From NCBI GenBank assembly GCA_964016885.1, contig OZ024740.1, positions 202,430,001 through 202,494,000 of the forward strand: DNA of 64,000 bases, given 5' to 3'. Positions 1-12,828 of the stretch are shown here, piece after piece. The DNA is from Eledone cirrhosa. Taxonomy: Eukaryota. The stretch's first letter is position 1, and the number at the start of each line of letters is the position of its first letter. The notes beneath the pieces are model-generated. The model was given only the letters and a program-made list of their open reading frames with translations. It was not told the DNA's origin and searched no databases. Both the position numbers and the translations under genes were made by a program.

Positions 1-68
<68 letters not shown>

Positions 69-81
69 GTATATATATATG

Positions 82-156
<75 letters not shown>

Positions 157-167
157 GTATATATATG

Positions 168-198
<31 letters not shown>

Positions 199-261
199 GT
201 ATATATATATATATATATATGTATATGTATATATATGTATATATATATATATATGTATATA

Positions 262-342
<81 letters not shown>

Positions 343-509
343 GTATATATATGTATATATATATATGTATGTATATATATATGTATATATATGTATATAT
401 ATATATATATGTATGTATATATATATGTATATATATGTATATATATATGTATATATATGTATATATATATATATATATGTATGTATATATATATATATAT
501 ATATGTATG

Positions 510-590
<81 letters not shown>

Positions 591-641
591 GTATGTATAT
601 ATATATATATATATATGTATGTATATATATATATATATATG

Positions 642-680
<39 letters not shown>

Positions 681-725
681 ATATATATATATATATGTAT
701 GTATATATATATATATATATATATG
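1..725. repeat. (TA)n microsatellite with periodic G interruptions (TATG)
   Basis: Directly visible; source of the spurious YI-repeat ORFs. Confidence 0.98.
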
Positions 726-1058
726 TATTGGTAAGCGGAATAGAAAATGCTGACAAATTGTTCTCAGTTGAAAAATGGTTTAATTAGGAATAAAAGAGTA
801 TTAGTGATTGTATGGGTTAGTATTCAGTTGTGGTTTTAAGTTTTTAAGTTTTTACCGGTTGCGCATTTCTAAATGCTTTTCAAAAATAATTTTGAGATAG
901 AGTGTCCGTGCTGTTTGCTCTGATCTGGGTAAAAACTTAAAAACTTAAAACCACAACTGAATACTAACCCATACAATCACTAATACTCTTTAATTCCTAA
1001 TTAAACCATTTTTCAACCGTGAACAATTTGTCAGCATTTTCTATTCCGCTTACCAATA
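726..1058. repeat. Fold-back element: ~131-bp inverted arms (726-856 / 928-1058) with 71-bp spacer
   Basis: TATTGGTAAGCGGAATAG...TTTTTACC is the reverse complement of GGTAAAAA...CTATTCCGCTTACCAATA with a few mismatches; arm plus spacer is homologous to 63684-63877. Confidence 0.9.
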
Positions 1059-1101
1059 TATAATAACTTGTGTGTTACACCTCTATTCTTTTAACTATAT
1101 G

Positions 1102-1140
<39 letters not shown>

Positions 1141-1286
1141 GTATATATATATGTAGATAAATCTACCAAGAGTTTACGGTAGTGTCCAATCCGTATGAAG
1201 AACTCAATGTATTCCGGATATCATGGAAAGAAGAGATGTAATGAAAAATCACTTTCGGTGAAAGATAAACGGTATACAGAGTCAAG

Positions 1287-1701
1287 ATAAAATATTAAAC
1301 AAATAATGAATAAACAATGAGACAGTTCCTTATATTAAACAAAAAAAGTTCATTATTTAACGATCGTTTCTAGGATATATATGTGTTAGAATTGGCATGC
1401 ATATTCAACAGATCTATGTACAAAATTATACAAAATTATACAAACTATCAAGATTAAATATACATACCAACACATATATACGCCGTCTTCAGAAATAAAA
1501 GACGGCGTATATATGTGTTGGTATGTATATTTAATCTTGATAGTTTGTATAATTTTGTATAATTTTGTACATAGATCTGTTGAATATGCATGCCAATTCT
1601 AACACATATATATCCTAGAAACGATCGTTAAATAATGAACTTTTTTTGTTTAATATAAGGAACTGTCTCATTGTTTATTCATTATTTGTTTAATATTTTA
1701 T
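1287..1701. repeat. Apparently perfect palindrome, 203-bp arms (1287-1489 / 1499-1701), 9-nt loop CAGAAATAA
   Basis: Read by eye as an exact reverse complement around ...CGCCGTCTT-CAGAAATAA-AAGACGGCG... Confidence 0.93.
1353..1498 (-). ncRNA. Type I hammerhead ribozyme motif (PLE-type) with long stem II
   Basis: Minus strand: TTATTT-CTGAAGA-[cggcgTATATATGTGTT...AACACATATATAtccta]-GAAAC-GATC-GTT-AAATAA. Stem I TTATTT/AAATAA, CUGANGA and GAAA cores, short palindromic stem III, GUU triplet; base of stem II imperfect. Confidence 0.65.
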
Positions 1702-1702
1702 T

Positions 1703-2224
<522 letters not shown>

Positions 2225-4750
2225 ATCATCATCATCATCATCAACGTTTAACGTCCATGTTCCACGCTTGCATGGGTTTGGACGGGGGTTTTCCCACTTG
2301 AGGCAAGAGTGATTGTCTTGCTCACATTTACAGTGTGGGGCTGGGAGGTTTTTACCGTGTTGCCTACACGGCCACATTACAGCGTGGACTGTGTGTTTTT
2401 TTGTTGTGACACCTACACGATCTCATTTGTTTCGGCCTGGATGTTGTGGCACCAACATAACTTTACATTGAAAGGGGCGGTGTGGATGGGGTGGGGGTGG
2501 TGGGACGGGGGTGTATTTTGTTAGAGATGCCTACTGACTGTAGTAGGTTTTACTTTGTATTTAGCTAAGGCGGGTCTTCTCTATTACTGAGTACCGCCAA
2601 AGGTCTCGGTCCAGTGACATTGTCTTGGAGAGGTGTAAGTGTGTGAGGTCGGAATTTATCAGCTCGTCCCAGGTTTTTCTGGGTCTGCCTATTCCGTGAC
2701 TACCGTCTATATTTATTGCCCTGCACTTTGTTATACAGCTATCGTCTTTCATGCGCATCACGTGACCATACCAACGTAGCCTTCTCTCGAGTAAAGAACA
2801 TCTGATCCCTCTTATTTCTAATTTTTTCCTTAGTTCGTTTATGCTTTGCCGTTCAGGTCTATTACTATTACACATCCAGCGGAGCATGCAAGCTTCGTTC
2901 CTCTCTAGTCTGCGTATATCCTCTGCACACAATGCCCAGGTCTCACTGCCATGCAACATTGCTGTTCGTATGCAGGCATCATACAACCTGCCTTTCATTT
3001 TTAGGGAGAACCCTTTAGCGGCTAATAGTGGTATAAGCTCTCTGAACTTTTTCCATCCAGTTCTGACTCTAGCTACTGTACTTTCAGAGTACCCTCCCCC
3101 ACTGCTGATTTTGTCACCCAGGTAACGGAAGCTGTCCACTATTTCTATAGAGCCCTCTGCGCAGTTGAAAGAGCTAGTATTTTTTGGGCACTTGCTGCTA
3201 CTTATTGCACCAGAGCACCGGCCACATGTAAAATCTATGTTCTTAGTTAGCTTACCTGTGATCCCACTACATCTTTTATGCACCCATACTTTGCATTTGG
3301 GACACAAAATGGAGTTTCTACCTACGCCTTTCCTACACACCGAGCATGGTTACTTCCCGGAAGGGACCGCCGCCTTATTTTCTTTCCTACAAACTAGAAC
3401 TTTGGTCTTAGCCAGGTTAATTTTAAGGCCTTTTGATTCTAGGCCATGCTTCCATGTTTGGAATTTCTTCTCTAGTTCGGCCATTGATTCAGCTATGAGC
3501 GTTAGATCATCTGCGTATAGGAGTTCCCATGGGCAGCCGGTCTTGAACTCCTCTGTTATAGCCTGAAGGGCAATAATAAATAGTAGGGGGCTGAGAACAG
3601 AGCCCTGATGGACTCCAACTTTTACGCTAAACTCTTCACTATATTCGTTGTTAATTCTAACCTTGCTGACTGTTTCTTTATACATGGCTTGTATAGCCCT
3701 CACAAGCCATTCGTCAACGCCTAGTTTTCTAAGAGCCCACCAGATAATGGAGCGGGGGACTCTGTCGAAGGCTTTCTCCAAGTCGACAAAAGCTAAGTAG
3801 AGGGGCTTACCTTTAGCTAGGTACTTCTCCTGTAGTTGTCGTACAATGAAAAGAGCGTCTGTGGTACTTTTGCCTGACACAAACCCGAACTGCATTTCAT
3901 CTAGATCAATTCTCTCTCTGATTAGTTGCGCTATTACTTTTTCCGTGACCTTCATGACCTGGTCAATTAATTTAGTGCCTCTATAGTTACTCCTATCTAG
4001 GGCATCTCCTTTACCATTATAACAGTTAACGATGATGCTGCTACGCCAGTCCTTCGGAACAACCCCATTCTGTACGACTTGGTTAACTATCCGGGTGACC
4101 ATGGTGTGTCCCACCGTACCAGATGCCTTCAGCATCTCAGCAACTATTTCCAAAGGCCCAGCCGCCTTACCCGTCTTCATATCCTTGATTGCCTTACTTA
4201 TTATACTACCCTCGACTAACACTGCTGGTCCCTCTATTGGGTCGATGTGGGGGAGACTGTCTTTCTCCCATTTATTCTCCTCATTTAGCAGCCTTTCATA
4301 GTGACACTTCCAAGCTACCTTCTTATCAGCGTCGGTGATGGCAAGTATGCCGTCATCATTAAGTACATACTTCTCCCTGACAATATCACGGTTTTCCTTG
4401 ACACATTGCCTAGCAATCCTGAACACCTCACTTTTTTGGTCCTCGCGTTGTAGAACATGCTTGAACTTTCTTTCCTCTACTTCCCTTCTTGCGAAGTACA
4501 CTTGTCTCCTAGCTTCCCTCTGGCCACTTGATAGTCTTCTCTACTTCCCCCATCCCGCCATACCTTCCAAGCCTGCTTTTTGGCCTTAATTGACCCCTCC
4601 ACCTTACTGTTCCACCACCATGTTACTCTCCTCCTGCCTACAGGCCTGCTCCAGCCACAGACTTCGTCTGCCGCCATCAGCAGGTTTGCTTTCAGGAATT
4701 CCCACTGTTCCTCTACCTTGTACGTCTCTAATTGCTCTTCCTCACCATCC
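2225..4750 (-). mobile_element. 5'-truncated RTE-clade LINE with ~330-nt 3' UTR and (GAT)n tail
   Basis: RT motifs QFGF, FVDLEKAFDRV, GVHQGSVLSP, YADD; RTE C-terminus RRLRWYGHVMR...GRPRKTW; upstream TWWWN linker; no endonuclease domain present. Confidence 0.93.
2561..4749 (-). pseudogene. RTE reverse transcriptase ORF disrupted by one in-frame TAA (3350-3352) and a frameshift near 4520
   Basis: ORFs 3350-4501 and 2561-3340 share a frame (PSGK*PCSVCRKG); 4477-4677 continues the homology in another frame. Confidence 0.88.
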
Positions 4751-5016
4751 AGGCCGAAACAAATGAGATCGTGTAGGTGTCACGACAAAAAAACACACAG
4801 TCCACGCTGTAATGTGGCCGTGTAGGCAACACGGTAAAAACCTCCCAGACCGACACTGTAAATGTGGTTGGTGTTAGGAAGGGCATCCAACTGTAGAAAA
4901 CCTGCCAGACAGTCCTATGCGAGCAAGACAATCATTCTTGCCTCAAGTGGGAAAACCCCCGTCCAAACCCATGCAAGCGTGGAACACGGACGTTAAACGT
5001 TGATGATGATGATGAT
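4746..5016 (+). mobile_element. Inverted copy of the RTE 3' UTR end with (GAT)n tail
   Basis: Reverse complement of 2225-2443 with a few substitutions and ~60 bp extra (GTTGGTGTTAGGAAGGGCATCC...CCTATGC). Confidence 0.9.
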
Positions 5017-5385
5017 ATATACATATATATATGTATATATATACATATATATATGTATATATATATGTATATATATATGTATATATATATGTATATATGT
5101 ATATATATACATACATATATACATACATATATACATACATATATATATACATATATATATGTATATATATATATATACATATATATATGTATATATATAT
5201 GTATATATATATATACATATATATATGTATATATATATGTATATATATATGTATATATATATATATACATATATATATGTATATATATATGTATATATAT
5301 ATATACATATATATATGTATATATATATGTATATATATATATATACATATATATATATACATATATATATGTATATATATATGTA

Positions 5386-5417
<32 letters not shown>

Positions 5418-5475
5418 CATATATATATACATATATATATGTATATATATACATATATATATACATATATATATG

Positions 5476-5507
<32 letters not shown>

Positions 5508-6094
5508 CATATATATATGTGTATATATATATATATATGTATGTATATATGTATGTATATATATACATATATACATATATATATACATATATATATGTAT
5601 ATGTATATATATATGTATATATGTATATATATACATACATATATACATGCATATATATATACATATATATATGTATATATATATGTATATATATATATAT
5701 ACATATATATATGTATATATATATGTATATATATATATACATATATATATGTATATATATATATACATATATATATGTATATATATATATATATATACAT
5801 ATATATATGTATATATATATGTATATATATATATACATATATATATGTATATATATATACATATATATATGTATATATATATGTATATATATATATACAT
5901 ATATATATGTATATATATATGTATATATATGTATATATATATATATACATATATATATACATATATATATGTATATATATATATACATATATATATGTAT
6001 ATATATATACATATATATATGTATATATATATATACATATATACATATATACATATATATATGTATATATATATATACATATATACATATATAC

Positions 6095-6135
<41 letters not shown>

Positions 6136-6218
6136 CATATATATGTATATATATATATACATATATATATGTGTATATATATATGTATGTATATATGTAT
6201 GTATATACATATATATAT
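5017..6218. repeat. (TA)n microsatellite with mixed G and C interruptions
   Basis: Directly visible. Confidence 0.98.
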
Positions 6219-6811
6219 GGTGCTACTGGTAACATGTATCCCAGTACAACCTGTCTCATGGTCGGGTCGTTGGCGACTAAACTGGCCACCCCACCAAGGT
6301 TTCTTGGTGAGGAGGGTGACTTTGGACATCCTGCAGGACTAAAAACAAAACCTGTCAAAGGGCAAAGGAGCTCTTAAGAGTCAATGGCCATCCAAAATCA
6401 CCGGGAGAGATGACCCCTTAGCCTTTTTCAAGGCAGAATTCTAGGAGAAGGAAAACTCTGATATAACACCTGCAACCCTGATGGTATCCAATGATGTTGA
6501 CTTGTTCTTCTTTTTGGTAAATATCATCTTGGTTAAGAGAGTGGGACTGGCTTTGTGCAGTGCCTTTGCTCACTATAAAAGCTTCACGGCACAGGCATTG
6601 CTTTATATCTGGAGATCTCTCTGCACTTGTCGTCACATGGTACCATGGGCCCAGCACTATGTGTCAATAATTGTCACAAGTGTAGTGTTTGTACCAGAGT
6701 TTTCAAGTCACTGGCTGGACTAAAAAGTCACACTCGTTCAGCGCATCGGTAGGGGTTCTCCTACATGGATATAAAGTAATGGCCGTACTCGAAAACGAGT
6801 TGGCAGCCACC
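6219..6811 (+). mobile_element. Non-autonomous LINE derivative (probably RTE-group), copy 1, ending in (TA)n
   Basis: 6675-6752 encodes [25 protein letters not shown], a C-terminal C2H2 finger like those ending some RTE ORFs; short 3' UTR with CTCG-AAAA-CGAG hairpin; near-identical second copy at 7778-8388. Confidence 0.7.
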
Positions 6812-7618
6812 ATATACATATATATATACATATATATATACATATATATATGTATATATATATGTATATATATACATATATATATGTATATATATATGTA
6901 TATATATATACATACATATATACATACATATATACATATATATATGTATATATATATGTATATATATATGTATATATGTATATATATACATACATATATA
7001 CATACATATATATATACATATATATATGTATATATATATATACATATATATATGTATATATATATGTATATATATATATATACATATATATATGTATATA
7101 TATATGTATATATATATATACATATATATATGTATATATATATGTATATATATATATACATATATATATGTATATATATATGTATATATGTATATATATA
7201 TATACATATATATATGTATATATATATGTATATATATATGTATATATATATATATGTATATATGTATATATATATATACATATATATATGTATATATATA
7301 TGTATATATATATGTATATATATATGTATATATATATATACATATATATATGTATATATATATGTATATATATATGTATATATATATATATACATATATA
7401 TATACATATATATATGTATATATATATATATACATATATATATACATATATATATGTATATATATATATACATATATATATACATATATATATATATACA
7501 TATATATATGTATATATATATATACATATATATATACATATATATATGTATATATATATATACATATATATATACATATATATATGTATATATATATATA
7601 CATATATATATACATATA

Positions 7619-7656
<38 letters not shown>

Positions 7657-7777
7657 TATATACATATATATATGTATATATATATATACATATATATATA
7701 CATATATATATGTATATATATATATACATATATATATACATATATATATATACATATATATATGTATATATATATAT
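6812..7777. repeat. (TA)n microsatellite spacer between the inverted elements
   Basis: Directly visible. Confidence 0.98.
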
Positions 7778-8388
7778 GGTGGCTGCCAACTCGTTTTCGA
7801 GTACGGCCACTACTTTATATCCATGTAGGAGAACCCCTACTGATGCGCTGAACGAGTGTGACTTTTTAGTCCAGCCTGCGACTTGAAAGCTCTGGTACAA
7901 ACACTACACTTGTGACAATTATTGACACATAGTGCTGGGCCCATGGTACCATGTGACGACAAATGCAGAGAGATCTCCAAATATAAAGCAATGCCTGTGC
8001 CGTGAAGCTTTTATAGTGAGCAAAGGCACTGCACAAAGCCAGTCCCACTCTCTTAACCAAGATGATATTTACCAAAAAGAAGAACAAGTCAACATCATTG
8101 GATACCATCAGGGTTGCAGGTGTTATATCAGAGTTTTCCTTCTCCTAGAATTCTGCCTTGACAAAGGCTAAGGGGTCATCTCTCCCGGTGATTTTGGATG
8201 GCCATTGACTCTTAAGAGCTCCTTTGCCTTTTGACAGGTTTTGTTTTTAGTCCTGCAGGATGTCCAAAGTCACCCTCCTCACCAAGAAACCTTGGTGGGG
8301 TTGCCAGTTTAGTCGCCAACGACCCGACCATGGGACAGGTTGTACTGGAATACATGTTACCAGTAGCACCAACTGGTGACCTGACATA
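7778..8388 (-). mobile_element. Non-autonomous LINE derivative, copy 2, inverted tail-to-tail with copy 1
   Basis: Reverse complement of 6219-6811 with scattered substitutions (finger reads [25 protein letters not shown]); extends ~18 nt further 5'. Confidence 0.75.
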
Positions 8389-8912
8389 ATATAATATATA
8401 TATATACATATATATATACATATATATATGTATATATATATATACATATATATATACATATATATATATATACATATATATATGTATATATATATATACA
8501 TATATATATACATATATATATGTATATATATATATACATATATATATACATATATATATACATATATATATGTATATATATATATACATATATATATACA
8601 TATATATATGTATATATATATATACATATATATATATACATATATATATGTATATATATATATACATATATATATATACATATATATATGTATATATATA
8701 TGTATATATATATATATATGTATATATATATGTATATATATATATATACATATATATATGTATATATATATGTATATATATATATATATGTATATATATA
8801 TGTATATATATATATATACATATATATATGTATATATATATATATACATATATATATGTATATATATATATGTATATATATATATACATATATATATATG
8901 TACATATATGTA
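8389..8912. repeat. (TA)n microsatellite
   Basis: Directly visible. Confidence 0.98.
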
Positions 8913-9327
8913 CGGCAACACTCATCTTTTTCCATTTCTCCGAGGGTTATAAACCCCACTATCAGGCTAGAAATTTCTTTAGTCTAAAATACGGGGAAAG
9001 CTTATAATTTCTAATTTCAAACTCGCGCACCATTTCAAAAACATACTTACATGTTTACGTTTATAATTTGCTTGTATGTATATGTATATATATATGTATA
9101 TATATGTATATATATATGTATATGTATATATATATGTATATATATATAAACGGAAAAAATGAAACGGAATTTCATTTCCCACTCTTAGTACGGCTGTTAC
9201 TTAAATATAAGTATGTACACGTACATACATATATGTATACAGATGTACAGTAGTATGTATATATACATACATGCACACATATATATATGTATGTATGGAT
9301 TCACCGAACATTTATTATAATGCTCGG

Positions 9328-9521
9328 TGTGTCTTTTATCTTCACCTTTTGTTTACCTAGCTTAATCTCACACCTCATTCAACTGTTTAGTTCCCTTTTC
9401 ATGTTTTATTCCTATCAGTCTACTTGTGTTGTTTTTACCCATTATATATATATAGGAAATGGACAGTTGAATGAGGTGTGAGATTAAGCTCGGTAAACAA
9501 AAGGTGAAAATAGAAGACACA
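9328..9521. repeat. Inverted repeat, ~60-bp arms (9328-9387 / 9463-9521)
   Basis: TTCACCTTTTGTTTACCTAGCTTAATCTCACACCTCATTCAACTGT versus ACAGTTGAATGAGGTGTGAGATTAAGCTCGGTAAACAAAAGGTGAA. Confidence 0.85.
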
Positions 9522-9805
9522 TGGTGGACAAAATATAGGCACATAAAATGTAGAAAAAAATACATATATGAAAACAATTATACCACATGAAAAGAGGAGG
9601 AAAGATTTGACATTGCAGGTTCAACACTTTAGCAAAGCAGGGTAAAAGAAGAAAAGTGTTTGAACTATACCATGTTGTAAAATACATGTTTGTCTCTATT
9701 GGCTACATGTGTGTGTAAATATATATAATATTTTATATGTGTGTGTATGTGTATATTAGAAAAATTGAGTAAGTTTCATTTAGATGTAATAAATGTTTGT
9801 GTATT

Positions 9806-9883
9806 GACCTGTTTCGCAGAGGATTGGCTCAAGGTCACCTATAGGAGTTATGGACCTGACTTCATTATTGATCTGCTCTTCAG
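9806..9883 (-). ncRNA. Hammerhead ribozyme core (PLE-type), stem I lost; lies within a diverged inverted repeat ~9745-9980
   Basis: Minus strand: CTGAAGA-GCAGA...TCTGC-GAAAC-AG-GTC; perfect 5-bp stem II base and GUC triplet. Confidence 0.55.
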
Positions 9884-10374
9884 AGCCAATCCTATGCAAA
9901 ATGCGTATAACAGGTCGATACACAATAAAAATCTAATACATGTAAACGAAACTTCCTCGTGTTTTCCTAATATATACACTCTGCCTGTGCATAGAGTGCT
10001 TGTTTTCGTACCACCACTAGTAATTCATTGAATCACCTACACTACATATATATAAAAGCACCCAGTCCAAAATCAGTTCTGTATGAGCAAGACATGGTCA
10101 TTTGACCTGGCTTGTCTCACAATGAGACAGCTCATCTAACCCATGCTAGCATGGCAAATAGACATTAAAAGGCATTGGTGATGAAAACTCAAGGAATGCT
10201 GAACAGAAGAGATGTATTATCTCCAATCAAATGATCTGTTGAAGTATGAAACCAGATAGGAGCCAACCTAATGTTGTGTAATATTGTTTTGTAAATATAC
10301 ATTTCATCTACTGATACAGAACTCTCTTACCTTTTTCTTTATTATTACACTGTACACACCACATATACACATGG

Positions 10375-10540
10375 CATAGGCAAGGGTGTGTGCTCAAGAT
10401 GTTCCCTTCAAAACCACATGGTTTGGGGTTCAGTCATACTGCATGGCACCTTGAGAAAATGTTTTCTACTTTAGTTGCAGGCTGACCATTGTCTGGTGAA
10501 TGAATCTGATAGATAGAAACTGTAAGAGGGTGCATTATGT
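10375..10540 (+). mobile_element. Degenerate tRNA-derived SINE
   Basis: Degenerate A/B-box head (GGGGTTCAGTC), then GGCACCTTGAG...GTGAATGAATCTG body shared with ~11395-11720 and ~13710-13830. Confidence 0.5.
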
Positions 10541-11394
10541 GTGTGTGTGTATGTATATATATAGTTCAAGGAAACATCAAAACAAGGATACAAAAATGCT
10601 TATTAGTTTCATGCATTATATGGAAATGGGGAAAGAAAGTTTGATGTGTCAGACTTTAGCCCTTCTTCAGGAGTACAAAAAAATAGAGACAGGATCACAA
10701 AGGAAAGACAGAAAATAAAAGGTAATCAGTAGTATATATATATTTATATACACATACATCTGTATGTATGTTTGTGTGTCTCAGTTCCCTTAAAAATATC
10801 AACACTGTTAATGAAAATGTACTGACATCCTGCAGCATAGCAGATCAATGGACATAGGCAGTGTATATCATGCTTACAAAAATATGGTATGGGTTAGCAT
10901 CAGGAAAGGCATCCTGCTGTAAGTATTTTTCTCAAAATGAATAATATTAACATCTTGTAGATTCAATACTATGTGAGAATTACTGTGAAAATACAATAGT
11001 AAATATAGAGTAATGTAAATACTAAAGAGTTAATATATTTTCATGTGACCTGTCCCACACTTGCAAGCAGGGAAAAGCGGACGTAAAATGATCACGATGA
11101 TGATGATGATGATGTGACATGCTAAAATATGGAATGTATGAGCAGGATGTGATGACAAGTTCAAACTATGCCAGCATGGAAAATGAATGTAAAATGATGA
11201 TGAGAAGGAGGATTATCAGTTAATTAGAATAAAGAGTGGTGTCTATGACACTTTTTATGGCCTTCTAGGGTGGAGGGAAAGTGCTAGGGAAGGTGAGAGG
11301 GGAATACCCTCAATCCGGAGACTTCATCTAAAAGCGTACAACTGAGTGAACTCTGCTAAAGACCCTCAATAACCAGGTATCTGATTATGAGTGA

Positions 11395-11720
11395 TGCTGG
11401 TATGAGTGTTCTGAATCATCAGGTCTTGGGTATGATCTCACTGTGTGACATCTTAGGCAAGTGTCATTTACCATAGCCTTGAGGTTGACTCCAGTCTTGT
11501 GAATGAAATTTGGCTGACAGAAACTATTTCGAAGCCTGTCGGATGGACTGTACCTATAATTCAATGGGTCAGCCTTGTCACACATTGTGTCATGCTGAAC
11601 CTCCCTGAGAATTAGTAAAGGGTACACATATCAATGGAATACTCAGCCACTTATATGTTAATTTCATAAGCAGGCTGTTCCATTGATTGAACAACTGGAA
11701 CACTCATTGACCAGCAATTG
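11395..11720 (+). mobile_element. Degenerate SINE (same general family as 10375-10540)
   Basis: CTTAGGCAAGTGTC...GTGAATGAAATTTGG...GAAACT...GAAGCCTGTC body; 3' half related in reverse to 12530-12670. Confidence 0.45.
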
Positions 11721-11779
11721 TCCACTCAATAAATTACACCAAGTTACAGATTATTGAAGTTAGTTCTATTAGGCAGTAA

Positions 11780-11910
11780 CTTGGCAGAGTCATTAGTGCA
11801 TGGGATTAAATGCCTCAGTATTTGTTCCAGTTCGCTGCACTCTGAGTTAAAATCCCACCAAGGTCAACTTTACCTTTCAACCTTTCAGTTTTGGTAAATA
11901 AAGTACCAGT
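11780..11910 (+). mobile_element. tRNA-derived SINE fragment
   Basis: GAGTTAAAATCC B-box then AGGTCAACTTTACCTTTCAACC...AATAAAGTACCAG, same family as 58861-59036. Confidence 0.55.
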
Positions 11911-12828
11911 TGAGGAGTGATGGATTAGCAGAATTGTTAAAGAGTCAGATAGGATCCTTTATATATCAGATTGGTGATGTACAAGAGTTTCAACCAACAG
12001 ATAGTATCATCCATGGAAAGACCAATGAAAACATAGTTTCCTTGGTTCAATATGACAGTTGTCTCTTTTCTTTATTCCTATTAGCCAGATATAGAGAGAC
12101 TTCATAGCTCTTCATTCCTTTCTACTTGGTACACTCATTTACACTCCTCTTCTTTTTGTGTATGCGCTTAATGGTATTTTTCCTTGTTTCCTTGTGGTCA
12201 GATTTTAGTTTCAGCTAGAGTCAACCTTGCCTTATATCTTTTCAGGTTTGATGAAGTATCAATCGAGGGTTAGTGGGGTTGTTAGAGTATTGGGTGAGAT
12301 GAGTTGTGACATTTATTCCAATTCTCTGTACTCTGTTCAAATCCTGCCGCGATCAGCTTCACTTTTTATCCCTTTTGGGTTGATAAAAAATAAAGTACCT
12401 GTCAGGTCAGTTGAATGAGATGCTTTCTGGTATTTGTTCTGGTTCTTTACATGTTGAGTTCAAATCCTAATCTTGCCTATTTAGGTACTGGAGTAAGCCT
12501 TCATGGCTTTCAACAATGAGTGTTTCAGTTATTCAATCAATGGAGCACCTGCTGCTTATGAAATTAACCTGTAAGTGGCTGAACATTCCAAAGATATGTG
12601 TACTCTAAATGTGTACTCTCAGTGAGATTCAATGTGACAAGACTGGTCCTTTGAATTGCAAGTACAGCCCATCTGATGAACTTCCAGTTAAAATCTACCC
12701 AATTTTACTCACATGGCATGATCTTATCAGAACCTATGGTAATGACACTAGCCCCTAGATGTCACATAGTGGGATTGAACCTGGGGTCTAATGATTGTGA
12801 ATCAACCATTTGGCTATGCTGTGTCCAT

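Noticed and set aside
857-927. Hammerhead in the spacer of the first fold-back (minus GAAATGCGCA)
   Set aside because: No CUGANGA in register and no NUH or stem I.
2841-4931. Short antisense and alternative-frame ORFs over the RTE
   Set aside because: Shadow ORFs of the LINE coding strand and UTR.
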